From positions 1,023 to 65,022 of the IMG/VR virus record IMGVR_UViG_2894640787_000005: a DNA stretch of 64,000 nucleotides; one strand, written 5' to 3'. Of the stretch, positions 1-10,496 are shown in pieces. Within the stretch, counting starts at the first letter, position 1; each line of letters starts with the position of its first letter. A program made the position numbers and the translations under genes. The stretch comes from a virus (Duplodnaviria > Caudoviricetes). A model generated the notes under the pieces. That model saw only the letters and a program-made list of their open reading frames with translations. It was not told where the DNA came from and did not search any database.

Positions 1-145
1 GGCTAACCTCATTACTTGGCTGAAGCATGCAGTTCTCAGCTCTAGGGTTGATCAAAATCACAAATCTAGACTATACAACTGGCTCCACAACTTTTGGGTT
101 TGATCCATATCAAACGCTGTTGAAGCAGGATTATATCTCAAAAAG

Positions 146-189
146 AAAAATTCCCGCAATAAACTGAAATACAGTTCATTACGGGAATT
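146..189 (-). terminator. Rho-independent terminator downstream of tRNA-Ser(GGA)
   Basis: Inverted repeat aattcccgcaat/attacgggaatt (149-189) followed on the minus strand by a T-tract. Confidence 0.6.
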
Positions 190-193
190 AATG

Positions 194-280
194 CAGAGAG
201 GAAGAGATTCGAACTCTCGATACGGTTGCCCGCATACACACTTTCCAGGCGTGCTCCTTCAACCACTCGGACACCTCTCT
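194..280 (-). tRNA. tRNA-Ser (anticodon GGA)
   Basis: Reverse complement reads AGAGAGG...CCTCTCT-G acceptor stem, anticodon arm containing CCTGGAAAG, long variable arm, GTTCGAATC T-loop; 87 nt. Confidence 0.96.
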
Positions 281-964
281 ATTTTTTTATTTATATAATT
301 GATTATGAGTCACTTACATCTCCGACTTTGCTCTTTCTTGCACCTCTTTGACGGCCTCTGAAACTGGGTTTTTATTCGGAATTTTACCAGGGGGGCTACT
401 AAGAACGCTAAACGGAGCGCAAAATAAACGAATCTGCGGGTAACCTACAAATGTTCAGAGGCAAAACGGTCAAAATAGTATCTTTACTCGCCTTGATGCT
501 ACTCTTATTTTACCGCCAAGTCTTATGGCAGTATGCCCCTCCCTTGTTAGACTGTATATATTAGTCCTCTTCTCAATCAACCCATACTCATCAGCTGGCT
601 GGACTGCAATTATAGTACCAGTCAGGTGTAGATTTGGTTATTACTACAACTTCCACCCTGCCAGTTAAAATCTTAAGTATGTAGTCAATCTGTTCCGATG
701 GACTTAGACTTTCTGGATCTTTATTCATGCTGTGTATTGTGTGGTCTTCTCGCCTGTCCAGGGAGATGGGGTTATTTTATAATTTACTACTGTTCCATCT
801 GACTAACAATCTCCAAGTGTTCAGTAATCAATGCCCACTCTGATACATAATAACTATTCAACATAGGCAGGTCAATACCATCCGAATTGCGGATATAATC
901 GACTTCTAATAGATTAGTTAGAAGAAGCTTTTTTTGAGTAAGCAAGTCATTATGGTTCATTGGA

Positions 965-2044
965 TTATTTCTTGATCAATGCCCTCAATTCATCAATCTC
1001 CGCTTTCATCTCCTTATTGGCCTTCTGTTGCTCAAGTAGATACAGCGTCAATTCCTCAACTTTTTCAAGCAGCTTCGCATTCATCTTAACCAGATCCACG
1101 CCCTCTTTTGCTACCTCCACAGCTGAAGGTATTCCTGGCAAATGCTGATTTGCATCAATAAACTTCTTTACTTCCGATAAAGGTTTCAACTGATAGCCCG
1201 GTACAAATACCTTATCGCTCCACTCCGACGGGTTATTGATCCGAAGTTTATACCCTGCTTTGATTACATTCCCTTTCTCATCAACAGATAAAAATTGATC
1301 AGTTGACTGAGTAGCCGGACTGGCCGTGGTTAGATTGGATAAGCGCAGGCCACTATTATCAGGTGTTTCACTGACAACTTCTAAACGGGTTGTGGGCGCT
1401 GAGGTACCGATGCCCACATTAGCTTGATTGCCCAGGATCAGGGCGTTGCTGATGACTACGCGGGAACCGGATCCGATGGCCGTGGCATTGTGCAGGCCAT
1501 CTTCAGCTTGGGAGCTGTAGCCGATTAGAACGTTGTCATCGCCGTTTGTAATAGTGGTTCCTGCGTTAGGGCCAATGATGATATTGTGGGAACCCGTAGT
1601 GTTGCTGTAACCAGCTACGTGTCCATGAAATATGTTATAACTTCCAATTGTATTATTGTACCCGGCATTATTACCAATGAATGTATTATAACTTCCATTA
1701 TTCTGATACCCAACACCATCACCAATCATTACATTACTAACTCCCGCTACATTCGAATACCCGGAAAAACTTCCTACGAATGTATTCGAGATACCAAACC
1801 TACTATTTGCGCCAGCATAACTTCCAATAAACGTATTGTCATAACCAGGACCAGCATTAAGCCCGGCGCTAAACCCAAAAAAGCTATTGTCTCCACCCGT
1901 TAAACTAGTAAATCCAGCACTAGCGCCAACTACGGTATTTTCCAAGCCAGGCGAATCGGAATTAGCTGTATTGGCGATATAATTCCTCTGCGCCTTAACC
2001 GAGTAAATAGAAATTAGTAAAAAAAAGGTAAAAAGGTGTTTCAT
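965..2044 (-). CDS. Secreted trimeric fibre-like protein with G-x-x-N-T-F-I-G repeats and C-terminal peptidase S74/chaperone-of-endosialidase-like coiled coil
   Basis: Signal peptide; repeated GxxNTFIGxxAG motifs; C-terminal WSDKVF...HLPGIPSA.EV...KLLEKVEELTLY motif typical of Bacteroidota tail-fibre-domain proteins. Confidence 0.8.
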   Translation of the reverse strand: MKHLFTFFLLISIYSVKAQRNYIANTANSDSPGLENTVVGASAGFTSLTGGDNSFFGFSAGLNAGPGYDNTFIGSYAGANSRFGISNTFVGSFSGYSNVAGVSNVMIGDGVGYQNNGSYNTFIGNNAGYNNTIGSYNIFHGHVAGYSNTTGSHNIIIGPNAGTTITNGDDNVLIGYSSQAEDGLHNATAIGSGSRVVISNALILGNQANVGIGTSAPTTRLEVVSETPDNSGLRLSNLTTASPATQSTDQFLSVDEKGNVIKAGYKLRINNPSEWSDKVFVPGYQLKPLSEVKKFIDANQHLPGIPSAVEVAKEGVDLVKMNAKLLEKVEELTLYLLEQQKANKEMKAEIDELRALIKK

Positions 2045-2308
2045 GGGAGTGCGTGTAAAAACGTTATATTTAGGATATGGAAATACAAGTAAAGGAGGGG
2101 ATCAAGGTTATTACTAATCCATATTTAACAGAGGTTCATAGTGCAAAGCTTATGGAGATGGACTATTAAATAGTTCCACATGATTCGTCTGCCACTTCCC
2201 AAGCATCATCGGTTAACTCCGAAATTGGGGTTGAAGCGTCAATAGGCGATAATCCATATATTGAGAGGGCATACCTTAATCAACTTCAGGGGTTGGATCG
2301 TCAAAAGG

Positions 2309-2620
2309 CTATGCATAAATCAAGCTATGCTTTCCAGCCAGAATCGGCTCTCCCCGACTGAAGGTACATATAAGGCAAGGGTTTGGTGCATCAAAAATAG
2401 CGGCAACTGTTTCTCCGTTTGTCGGTGAATTTTCTCCAACGGTTTCAGTTAGCTGTTTTCCATTGTGCCAATATGAAATCTCTCTGATTCGAGTGATAGA
2501 AATCTTATTACCTTGGCTGGCTATAAATTCCTTTATTTCCCAGTAAACTCGTTCAGCTTGTTCGTCATCAGTAGCGGCAGGTAAAAGAATTTCATAGATG
2601 TGGAGGGTTATCAATTTCAT
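2309..2620 (-). CDS. Hypothetical protein
   Basis: 103-aa ATG ORF with plausible composition; no family recognised. Confidence 0.55.
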   Translation of the reverse strand: MKLITLHIYEILLPAATDDEQAERVYWEIKEFIASQGNKISITRIREISYWHNGKQLTETVGENSPTNGETVAAIFDAPNPCLICTFSRGEPILAGKHSLIYA

Positions 2621-2658
2621 TTAGTAAAGTATTTTCATCCGACGACCTACCAGAAAAC

Positions 2659-3040
2659 TGTATGTCGTCAGCCAAAAGTGGACAGCTGCGGGTGAAAATG
2701 GGAAGAGATAGTTTTAGTCACTTTGTATGCGCTGAAAAATATGACTTTTCCGTCCACTAATCATGGATGACTGCTTGATTTTTTATCGCTCTACTAAGAT
2801 TTGCTCCTTACGGCCCCAATACGCATCCGCTGGCGTTACATTATCTCATGATTCATGGTATCAATAGTGGACCCACTCAACCAGACAACTGCCCAGTTCA
2901 TAGGACTGTAATAGTGCTCCACTAACAGTACGATTTTCATCTCTTTTTTTCTTCAATGGTGTATTGGCGTCAGGTTTGACGCTGGATGTCTTTGGTGAAC
3001 TACTGGTTCAGCGCAAGGTGTATCCGAATCGATGGAGTTT
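2659..3040 (-). mobile_element. IS3-family transposase 3' remnant with right terminal inverted repeat
   Basis: Terminal TGTATGTCGTCAGCCAAAAGTGGACA at 2659. Minus strand gives broken integrase-core C-terminus (EHYYSP / EWVHY / YHES*DNVTPADAYWGRKEQILVER*KIKQSSM) with stops and frameshifts. Confidence 0.75.
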
Positions 3041-3073
3041 GTCAAATTACTTTTAATGCATAGGCCGTCGCTG

Positions 3074-3087
3074 GGGGTACCCGTCCG
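3074..3087 (+). repeat. Tn3-family-like terminal repeat fragment (GGGGTACCCGTCCG)
   Basis: 13 of 14 nt also found at 35770-35782; GGGGTA start resembles Tn3-family inverted repeats. Confidence 0.35.
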
Positions 3088-3241
3088 ATTTCTGTTTTTT
3101 TAACTTTACCGGCAAGTGACACAACGATTACGTTCGATCACGTATCGGGCATTACTTATTTGGTCAGATCATTCACCATCACCCGTCCTGCTGGCGCTTA
3201 AGAGTAGAAAAATTACCCAAAAACCGTAACACAAATCAGAC

Positions 3242-3499
3242 ATGAAAAAACTACTCTTATTTCTATGGCCAATGCCCGCCTTAAAATGGAACAAAACGTC
3301 CGATTTGCCAGAAACGGCTTATGTGGAGATAAATCGGGATGGTATCACGGGCAATAGTGCGAATTTGTATACCGAAAAACGGGCCACATTCGCCCCTTCA
3401 CCAACTACTTTAACTGCAATTACCACAGCTCCCTATAGCTACACACCCATTACCATACTGAGTGTTTGGCAAGACTTAATGACTTTACTTTTTAATTAA
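3242..3499 (+). CDS. Hypothetical protein, probably a truncated remnant
   Basis: Starts MKKLLLFLW like its neighbour but is only 85 aa with an incomplete signal peptide. Confidence 0.4.
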   Translation: MKKLLLFLWPMPALKWNKTSDLPETAYVEINRDGITGNSANLYTEKRATFAPSPTTLTAITTAPYSYTPITILSVWQDLMTLLFN

Positions 3500-3508
3500 T
3501 CCGTCGCA

Positions 3509-5551
3509 ATGAAAAAGCTACTTTCACTTTTATTTCTTCTGGACTCACTATCTGGTTTTGCGCAGACGATAAACGATCCAGTTGCGCAAATCAATTACAA
3601 ATTAAATTACCTCAACAACCAGTATGGTCTTTATCCACGCGCTGATTCGCTGAAATTAGCCAGCATTTCCTCAGCTACAGCCAACATTCAGGACCAGGTC
3701 AACCAACTCGATAACTTGACTCAGGCTAGTTATGCGGCTGGTGCTGGAGCAATACTGACGATGCACATCAATAGCATTGCGGCCAATACGGTCAAATTAG
3801 CAGGCATAGCCGCAGACGCAACGGCCAACAGTCCTGGCGCGATGTTACTAACTCAAAGTAATCATCTTGATACGCAACCATTTAACACTATTTCGGGCAT
3901 TGCTACCTCCGCGCAACTTGCCCCAAGTACACCCTTGGCTGGCAAGTATCCTGATGGTACGCGAGCGTGGTTGCCCCTTCCGTCTGGCGCATTAGACACC
4001 AAGCGAAATCTGGCAGGCGATCGACATGCGAACAATCCTCCAATCGAGGATTTCGACCGGCCTGACGGGACGCTCATAAACAACCTGATTACTATTTCAG
4101 GCCACACATTGACCGCATCTGGGCCTGGCAATACAACGGTACAGATCCAGGGAGGGAAAATGGTCTCATCCAGCAACGTATATGTAGGTATGTCCTGGAC
4201 AGAAGCTACGCCACCAATCCTTCGCGTGGCTGGGGTATGCTCATTCGATGGAACGAATAGCGCTGGCCTACCCCGACCTGTAATCATGTTCAATGGTGGA
4301 CCTACGAATACCTCACTACTTAAGCTCATTCACCTTGAGGTCAACAACGGCTCAGTCACGTTAAAAGTGACAAACAATGGTGTGGCTGGCACCGACCTAA
4401 CCGCCTATGCGGGTACAGTTACCGAGCGTTCAGGGCAATCAACAACGCAGCGATTCCTTCGTTCTTTCGTCACGAACGAGCGTATACCGATCAGCATGGA
4501 GTACAAAAAGGGAGTGTCTGTCGATGGAGCAGATGATGTGCTGTCAGTCTTCATGCCCGATGGACGAATCCTGGACTTTACCGGCGACATTCGGGTACGT
4601 GATGTAATGACCACTTGTACACATGGCACCTTTCAACTGACAGCTGCGGGTTGCGCCTGGCATGTCATTCAACTGGGTGATACTAGAGCGACCAACCTTC
4701 GCGCATTGGGGAATGCCGCCAGTTTTCGCCAGACGGCTACTCTTAACGGTGAAAATTCCTTTTGGCCTGCTCCCCAATACCAATATTTCCAACCCACTGG
4801 TACTGGTTATTACACGATCGTCCAAGCGTCAAGTACCTACTCGCCTAATACGAATACATCGACACTAATAGGATATCTGACGCTTGTAGCCACTGACAAT
4901 TTGGGCAGGGTATTACGAACTGAATTTTTTGTCAATAGTCAATATAATGATCGACCTGTCATTCAGAACCTGACGACCGGAGGAGGAGCACTTGCTGGGC
5001 TTCAGGTCAGCAAGGTGATGTTGGTTAAGGACAACTCGGCAACCGGCGCCAAACAGCTTGAAGTATACGTCAATACCTACAATAATATTGTTGATAGGAT
5101 TCTTGTGATTTGGCGGGGTAGTGGGGCAGTTATACAAAATCCAGTTACGGGCGGAGATGCCACAGCTAACCCTTTGGGGGATTTTAGAAACCGGGTCGTG
5201 GCAGGCACGACGGCGGGCACCTGGCGAGAGCAGAACGTAATTGATCCCAAATTCAGCGTAACAACGTACTCAGGTTCTACAGCAACCAGCTTTGAATTAG
5301 GCACAACAGGAAGAACACTAATCATAGCGGGCGTTCATGCAGGTAGTGCCACGCTGACCTATACCCTGAATGATGCACGGGCTAACCTTCAGGATGAGAT
5401 TACTATATTACGCCCAACGGGATCAACAGGAAGTGCCGCCATTGCCAATGCGTCCGATAGCGTCGTACTCACCACTCTCTCGGCGGGTACATCGGCTACC
5501 TTTAGGTATTCAGCAGGAAAATTTATCCTGGTTGGTAAAATGACTTTATAA
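3509..5551 (+). CDS. Secreted beta-rich hypothetical protein (phage fibre/adhesin-like)
   Basis: 680-aa ORF, Sec signal peptide (MKKLLSLLFLL...GFAQ), Gly/Thr/Ser-rich; same style as signal-peptide genes in the prophage tail region. Confidence 0.75.
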   Translation: MKKLLSLLFLLDSLSGFAQTINDPVAQINYKLNYLNNQYGLYPRADSLKLASISSATANIQDQVNQLDNLTQASYAAGAGAILTMHINSIAANTVKLAGIAADATANSPGAMLLTQSNHLDTQPFNTISGIATSAQLAPSTPLAGKYPDGTRAWLPLPSGALDTKRNLAGDRHANNPPIEDFDRPDGTLINNLITISGHTLTASGPGNTTVQIQGGKMVSSSNVYVGMSWTEATPPILRVAGVCSFDGTNSAGLPRPVIMFNGGPTNTSLLKLIHLEVNNGSVTLKVTNNGVAGTDLTAYAGTVTERSGQSTTQRFLRSFVTNERIPISMEYKKGVSVDGADDVLSVFMPDGRILDFTGDIRVRDVMTTCTHGTFQLTAAGCAWHVIQLGDTRATNLRALGNAASFRQTATLNGENSFWPAPQYQYFQPTGTGYYTIVQASSTYSPNTNTSTLIGYLTLVATDNLGRVLRTEFFVNSQYNDRPVIQNLTTGGGALAGLQVSKVMLVKDNSATGAKQLEVYVNTYNNIVDRILVIWRGSGAVIQNPVTGGDATANPLGDFRNRVVAGTTAGTWREQNVIDPKFSVTTYSGSTATSFELGTTGRTLIIAGVHAGSATLTYTLNDARANLQDEITILRPTGSTGSAAIANASDSVVLTTLSAGTSATFRYSAGKFILVGKMTL

Positions 5552-6214
5552 AATGAACAAAATTCCGATGAGCAGCCTCTCAAATTAAAAGATCATGTCC
5601 CACAGGCTACTTATAACGAGCCAGACCATTGCCATAGAAATGAGAACGATCAGGGTCCAGGGACCGGGAATGAGCAAAGATTTTTTCTCGATTCTCATGA
5701 TGGTTAGGCGGCTAATTTTCGGGATTTTCCAGGCAGCACAAAGGGGTCATCAATCTTTCGCCAGGTGCGCAAAACAGAACGAAGCGGACGAGAAGGAAAC
5801 GAGCTACTTACGTAGTTCACTGTAGGTGGGATGAACTGGCATGTAGAATTAGTGTAGTGGAATTTGTGAAGCGCACTACGCTTACTAATCAAAAAGGAAC
5901 AGGCTCTGTAATGCCAGCCTCCATAACCTGCCCATAATGAGCCGGTCGTACTGACCGGAACTGTGCAGCAGTAGTGGCTAGCATAGGTAACGAAGTGAGG
6001 TTTGCCATTCATAACGTTATATATTTTCTTTTAAAACGCTATAAATGGTCAACGAATTATTCTAGCTCCATATCCTTATCAAACGGTTTGCAAAGCACTG
6101 GAATCCAAGACCATAACTTGTCGGCCAATTCAGCATCTGTACCTACTTCCTCCACTGTCTCACCCACTGATTCAATCCAGCAGGCTATTTCTGAATTTAA
6201 CCGACTTAGCAGAC

Positions 6215-6409
6215 ATGAAAACTGAACGCCTTGGACTCATTGCAGTCATTCTGCTACTGAGTGTTGCCCTAAGTCTTTTTTGTGTATGGGCAAAAACTCA
6301 GCCATTGCCCGCCTTCTTTAATCCAGATCTGGCTTACTGGTATCATGAATTCCAATCTGAACAAGGCGCGCCGATAGACTGGAACGGTCAGAAAAAACGC
6401 CCATTCTGA
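6215..6409 (+). CDS. Small membrane protein (possible lysis-cassette remnant)
   Basis: 64 aa with one hydrophobic helix, immediately upstream of the GH108 pseudogene. Confidence 0.4.
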   Translation: MKTERLGLIAVILLLSVALSLFCVWAKTQPLPAFFNPDLAYWYHEFQSEQGAPIDWNGQKKRPF

Positions 6410-6411
6410 CG

Positions 6412-6887
6412 ATGGATAAAGCAAGCGGCTATGCCAATAACCCTTCGGACAAGGGGAAGAAACGTATAAGGGTATTTCGCGCGTCTTCCATCCAGATTGG
6501 CACTGCTGGGCAACGATCGGCGTAACGAAAGAAACCATGCGCAGATCTGACTTTACACTGGAGCCGATATTACTCAGTAAATTACTCGCTTCAGATCCAA
6601 GATTGCAGACATCCGTCCGCGTGTTCTACAAAGCAAACTACTAAGATGTTAGCAAACTTCACCAGGTAATCAATCAGAAAGTAGCCAATGAGTTGTTTGA
6701 TACGGGCGTCAACTGCGGAGTCGAAACCGCTGCCCGGATGGGTCAGGAGTTACTTAATTTTCTAAACGTGCTGGGCAAGCTATACCCTGATATTGCTATC
6801 GAAGATTGGGCCAACTACCCTACGCATCCAAAGCCCAAAGCCTTACTAAAGCTGCTTAATATTCTTCAAGGGGAACGATACGTATAA
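6412..6887 (+). pseudogene. Glycosyl hydrolase family 108 (phage-type lysozyme) pseudogene
   Basis: Pieces read SGYANNPSDKG/EETYKGISRVFHPDW...FYKANY*D...ELFDTGVNCGVETAARMGQELLNFLN; 1-nt frameshift near 6455 and in-frame TAA at 6642-6644. Confidence 0.8.
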
Positions 6888-6981
6888 ATTATTTGAAAAG
6901 ATGAAACGCAGGAAGTCTTTGCCAATAGCTGGCTTTTACGCGTAGTAGTATAGAGGTAGTCTGTAGTTTACGATTAGGCAG

Positions 6982-7028
6982 GAAATGTAAAACGCCCGGT
7001 TAGTGATTAGCCAGGCGTTTTACATTTC
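6982..7028. terminator. Terminator-like hairpin
   Basis: gaaatgtaaaacgcc...ggcgttttacatttc inverted repeat. Confidence 0.55.
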
Positions 7029-7175
7029 ATATTTTAAAAATAACTATCAATTTGTTATTTTTAAAATATGAAAACTATAAGTTATCTTTAATTGGTTTTT
7101 ATACATACAAATACACTTATTGGCAAATAAAAATCACTAATGAATCTAATTGACCATTAGTCTTATTAGTAGAGA

Positions 7176-8006
7176 TTGGCAATCAGTTACAAAATAGTTA
7201 ATCCACATCTTAACTTTGGTAATTTGTTCGTTATGGGTCTATCTAATAGCGTCAAAACATATGTTGCTCTTGCAATTACGACTTTATTTCCTTTAAAGAA
7301 CTGGTATATAGTAGCTTATGCCGTTTCTGGAGTGATGTCTTATTTATATAAACCACAAAAAAATAAATATACTAATACATGGGCGATTAATCATGCCTAC
7401 AGGCTAAACGGTCTATTGGCTGTGATGACCCGTAAAGGAAGGTCTTTTCCAATGCCTGTCCATGGGCGGGGTGAAGAGCTATTTTTTAAGCAAAGGCCTA
7501 ACGGTTTGGTGCTATGTTCAACCCATATTCCTCTATCTAAAGTAGCCTTACGTTACTTAATGGAGTGTGGATTTAAACCCACTGTTGCCATAGTAGGCGA
7601 TCCATCTGTTCAAGATTCCATTGCTGTTTGGGGAAGTCTTGAAAAGATACCGGCTATCCATACAGGTTCTTTTGTCCTACAAAAAGCCAAAAGAATACTG
7701 CAACAGGGTGGTTCAGTTGTTGCGTTGGTTGATCATCATTTAGGTGATCCATATTCCCCCAATATTTTTCGTTTAGCTGAAAAACTGAACAGTGACATCG
7801 TTTTTTTTGATGCAGCATTGCAAAAAGATGGTACGGTTGACGTTCGATTTCGTGAATCCGAATGGAATGGAAGTTCTTGTGCAAATCGGGTACACCAACA
7901 AATGAATGAACTCTATCAGCACACGGCTAACTTGCTCCAACACTATGGCAACTCTAGCTATTTTAAGCCTCCTGTAGAAGTAAGTGAACTAAGTCTAGTC
8001 AATTAA
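7176..8006 (+). CDS. Hypothetical protein, possible lipid acyltransferase-like fold
   Basis: 276-aa ORF; LCSTHIP and VVALVDH segments are reminiscent of lipid A/lysophospholipid acyltransferases, but the canonical HxxxxD spacing is not clear. Confidence 0.5.
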   Translation: MAISYKIVNPHLNFGNLFVMGLSNSVKTYVALAITTLFPLKNWYIVAYAVSGVMSYLYKPQKNKYTNTWAINHAYRLNGLLAVMTRKGRSFPMPVHGRGEELFFKQRPNGLVLCSTHIPLSKVALRYLMECGFKPTVAIVGDPSVQDSIAVWGSLEKIPAIHTGSFVLQKAKRILQQGGSVVALVDHHLGDPYSPNIFRLAEKLNSDIVFFDAALQKDGTVDVRFRESEWNGSSCANRVHQQMNELYQHTANLLQHYGNSSYFKPPVEVSELSLVN

Positions 8007-8293
8007 GTCGGCCTTAGTGTTTCTATCACCATCATTATCGTCTGGTTGTTTTGCAGCCATATACGTCTAATTATAATGTAGAATCAAGTGCATTCTAAAT
8101 TGAGGACCAGTTAATTCATAGACCGAACACACAAAGAAGGAATATTCATAGGTCTTGTCGAAAATCCAGGTGGTGTAGTGGATTGTCATGGGGTAACTCA
8201 CGGAAGGATGTCCATGTGATAAATTAGCGGATAGTCTACAACCTCCCTATCCAATCAGCATAAATTAAACGCAGTTGAAACAGAATTGCAACC

Positions 8294-8342
8294 AAAAAAA
8301 ATATTCCTGTAATTAACTAAATTTCAGCCAATTACAGGAATT
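8294..8342 (-). terminator. Terminator downstream of tRNA-Ser(CGA)
   Basis: attcctgtaatt/aattacaggaat inverted repeat plus minus-strand T-tract. Confidence 0.6.
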
Positions 8343-8346
8343 AAAG

Positions 8347-8433
8347 CAGAGAGCGAGGGATTCGAACCCCCGGTACCCTTGCGAGTACTTCTGATTTCGA
8401 ATCAGACCCATTCGACCACTCTGGCAGCTCTCT
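8347..8433 (-). tRNA. tRNA-Ser (anticodon CGA)
   Basis: AGAGAGC...GCTCTCT-G acceptor stem, anticodon arm TCTGA-TTCGAAA-TCAGA, long variable arm, GGTTCGAATCC T-arm; upstream -7-like CATCTTTG. Confidence 0.96.
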
Positions 8434-8516
8434 ATGATTTCGGTGGTCTGCCGAATCGGAGTGCAAAGATGCACGATTGACCGTAAAAACGCAATAGCTA
8501 ACTCAGCAAAAATCGA

Positions 8517-9629
8517 CTACTCACTCATTTCGCCACTAATTGACTGAGCCAGTAGTGTTCGCAAACGGGTTGTAGCAACTACTCCCCGATCACTTTCGCG
8601 GCCAAGTAATACCATAAGTTTGGTGATGGCAGCTTCGGTCGTGATATCGGCTCCACTTACTACACCAATTTGGAGTAATTGCTTGCTGGTTTGGTACTGG
8701 CCCTGCGTAACTCGCCCTCCTTCGCACTGCGACACATTGAAGACCAACACACCACGGTCAATAGCGGCTTTGATTGTGTCTAGAAACCAAGCGTCTGTAG
8801 GCGCATTACCTGCTCCGAATGTTTCGAGTACCAAACCTCGCAGTTTGGGGATGTTTACGATAGATTCCACGACCGGTTGTGTAATACCCGGAAAGAGTTT
8901 CAGGATCGTTACGTTCGTGTCCAGTACTGTTCGGAGCGTCAGGGACTGGTTAAACTGGTAAGGGCGAATAAACGGTCGATTATAGTCAATACGTACGCCA
9001 GCCGTGGCTAAATGCGGATAATTTTCCGATGAAAATGCATTAAACTGAACGCTTTCCCGCTTGGTAGATCGATTCCCTCGTAACAATAACGAATTAAAAT
9101 ATACGCACACTTCAGGCACCATGGGAAGGCTACTTTCCGGAGCGTCAGCATCTTCAGGTATATCCATAGCGGCTGCAATTTCGAGGGCAGTAATAAAATT
9201 CTCACGGGCATCACTTCGGGCTACCCCAATGGGTAGTTGCGCACCAGTCAGAATAACGGGTTTGTTGAGTCCAACCAGCATAAAACTCAATGCCGATGCC
9301 GTGTAGGCCATTGTATCAGTACCATGCAGAATCACAAAGCTGGTGTATAGTTCGTAATTCGTCTGAATAATACGCGCCAATTCGACCCATACGGCGGGTT
9401 TCATATTCGATGAATCAATAATTTCGGGTAGTGTAAGCAGAGTTATATCGAAATCTAACCGATTGAGTTCGGGGAGACGGTCAAGTACCCGCTCGAAATC
9501 GAATGGCACGAGTTGACTTGCCTTAGGATCATAAACCATACCAAACGTACCTCCCGTATAAATTACTAACACAGAGGCAAGAGAACGTTTGGCTGAGGTC
9601 GGATTAATGTGAATGGTTCTGTAATGCAT
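8517..9629 (-). CDS. ansA: Type I (cytoplasmic) L-asparaginase
   Basis: IYTGGTFGM and HGTDTMAY catalytic motifs, GAQLPI, ETFGAGN, SQC. Confidence 0.95.
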   Translation of the reverse strand: MHYRTIHINPTSAKRSLASVLVIYTGGTFGMVYDPKASQLVPFDFERVLDRLPELNRLDFDITLLTLPEIIDSSNMKPAVWVELARIIQTNYELYTSFVILHGTDTMAYTASALSFMLVGLNKPVILTGAQLPIGVARSDARENFITALEIAAAMDIPEDADAPESSLPMVPEVCVYFNSLLLRGNRSTKRESVQFNAFSSENYPHLATAGVRIDYNRPFIRPYQFNQSLTLRTVLDTNVTILKLFPGITQPVVESIVNIPKLRGLVLETFGAGNAPTDAWFLDTIKAAIDRGVLVFNVSQCEGGRVTQGQYQTSKQLLQIGVVSGADITTEAAITKLMVLLGRESDRGVVATTRLRTLLAQSISGEMSE

Positions 9630-9671
9630 TAATAGTAAATGGATAATGTCGAATACTCCATGAGCTGTTCA

Positions 9672-10484
9672 TTAGTCAATACTGGGGAGCAAATTGGCAT
9701 ATAGGGTAGGTAGTAGCGATAATGCGTTAGCAGTCGTATGACGCGCTACCTCATCAAAACTCAGTTGCTTGATATCAGCAATTCGCTGTGCAATTAGTTG
9801 CAGGTAAGCGGGTTCGTTACGTTTTCCCCGATACGGCACAGGGGCTAGATAAGGCGCATCGGTTTCAAGAACGAGATGTTCTAAACTAATGTGAGGCAGC
9901 ACTTTATCGATACCTCCATTTTTGAACGTAGCCACTCCGCCAATCCCTAGTTTAAAGCCCAACTCAATAGCCCGGTTGGCCTCATCGAGCGTTCCAACAA
10001 AGCAGTGAAAAATGCCCGTTAAATTCGGCAGTGCCAATTTCTCAATCAGGTCAGCTGCTTCGGCGAAGGAGTTCCGATCATGGCCGGAGCGAGTGTGCAT
10101 AGAAACAGGTAATTTTTGTTCAGACGCCCAGCGAAGTTGGGTATCAAAGGCTATAAACTGCTGATCTACGTAGGTCATATCCCAGTAAAAATCCAGGCCA
10201 ATTTCACCTACAGCCATAAAGGCATGTCGATTCAATTGATCGTCAACCGTTGCCAGTTCCTGCTCAAACGTATCGTTGACATAGGCGGGATGTAGGCCCA
10301 TCATTGGTAAACACCGATCCGGATATTGGTCAGCAAGAGCCATCATACCTGATACTGTTTCGCGAGCACAGTTAGGCATCCAGATTTGGCTAATCTGCTG
10401 CATTTCAGCCCGATCAAGCATAGCTTTCTGATCGGCGATAAACTGCTGATCGTAAATATGGGCGTGGGTATCGATAAGAGTCAT
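9672..10484 (-). CDS. tatD: TatD family DNase
   Basis: IDTHAH, VGEIGLD, HTR, FHCF and LETDAPYLAP motifs. Confidence 0.95.
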   Translation of the reverse strand: MTLIDTHAHIYDQQFIADQKAMLDRAEMQQISQIWMPNCARETVSGMMALADQYPDRCLPMMGLHPAYVNDTFEQELATVDDQLNRHAFMAVGEIGLDFYWDMTYVDQQFIAFDTQLRWASEQKLPVSMHTRSGHDRNSFAEAADLIEKLALPNLTGIFHCFVGTLDEANRAIELGFKLGIGGVATFKNGGIDKVLPHISLEHLVLETDAPYLAPVPYRGKRNEPAYLQLIAQRIADIKQLSFDEVARHTTANALSLLPTLYANLLPSID

Positions 10485-10496
10485 ATTCCTTACTCT

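Noticed and set aside
8172-8215. Possible IS end or tRNA fragment (tgtagtggattgtcatggggtaac) near tRNA-Ser(CGA)
   Set aside because: No partner repeat, no cloverleaf and no transposase remnant recognisable
194-8433. The two tRNA-Ser 3' ends as attL/attR duplicates
   Set aside because: Both are complete tRNAs of different isoacceptors; similarity is limited to the shared acceptor/T-arm consensus
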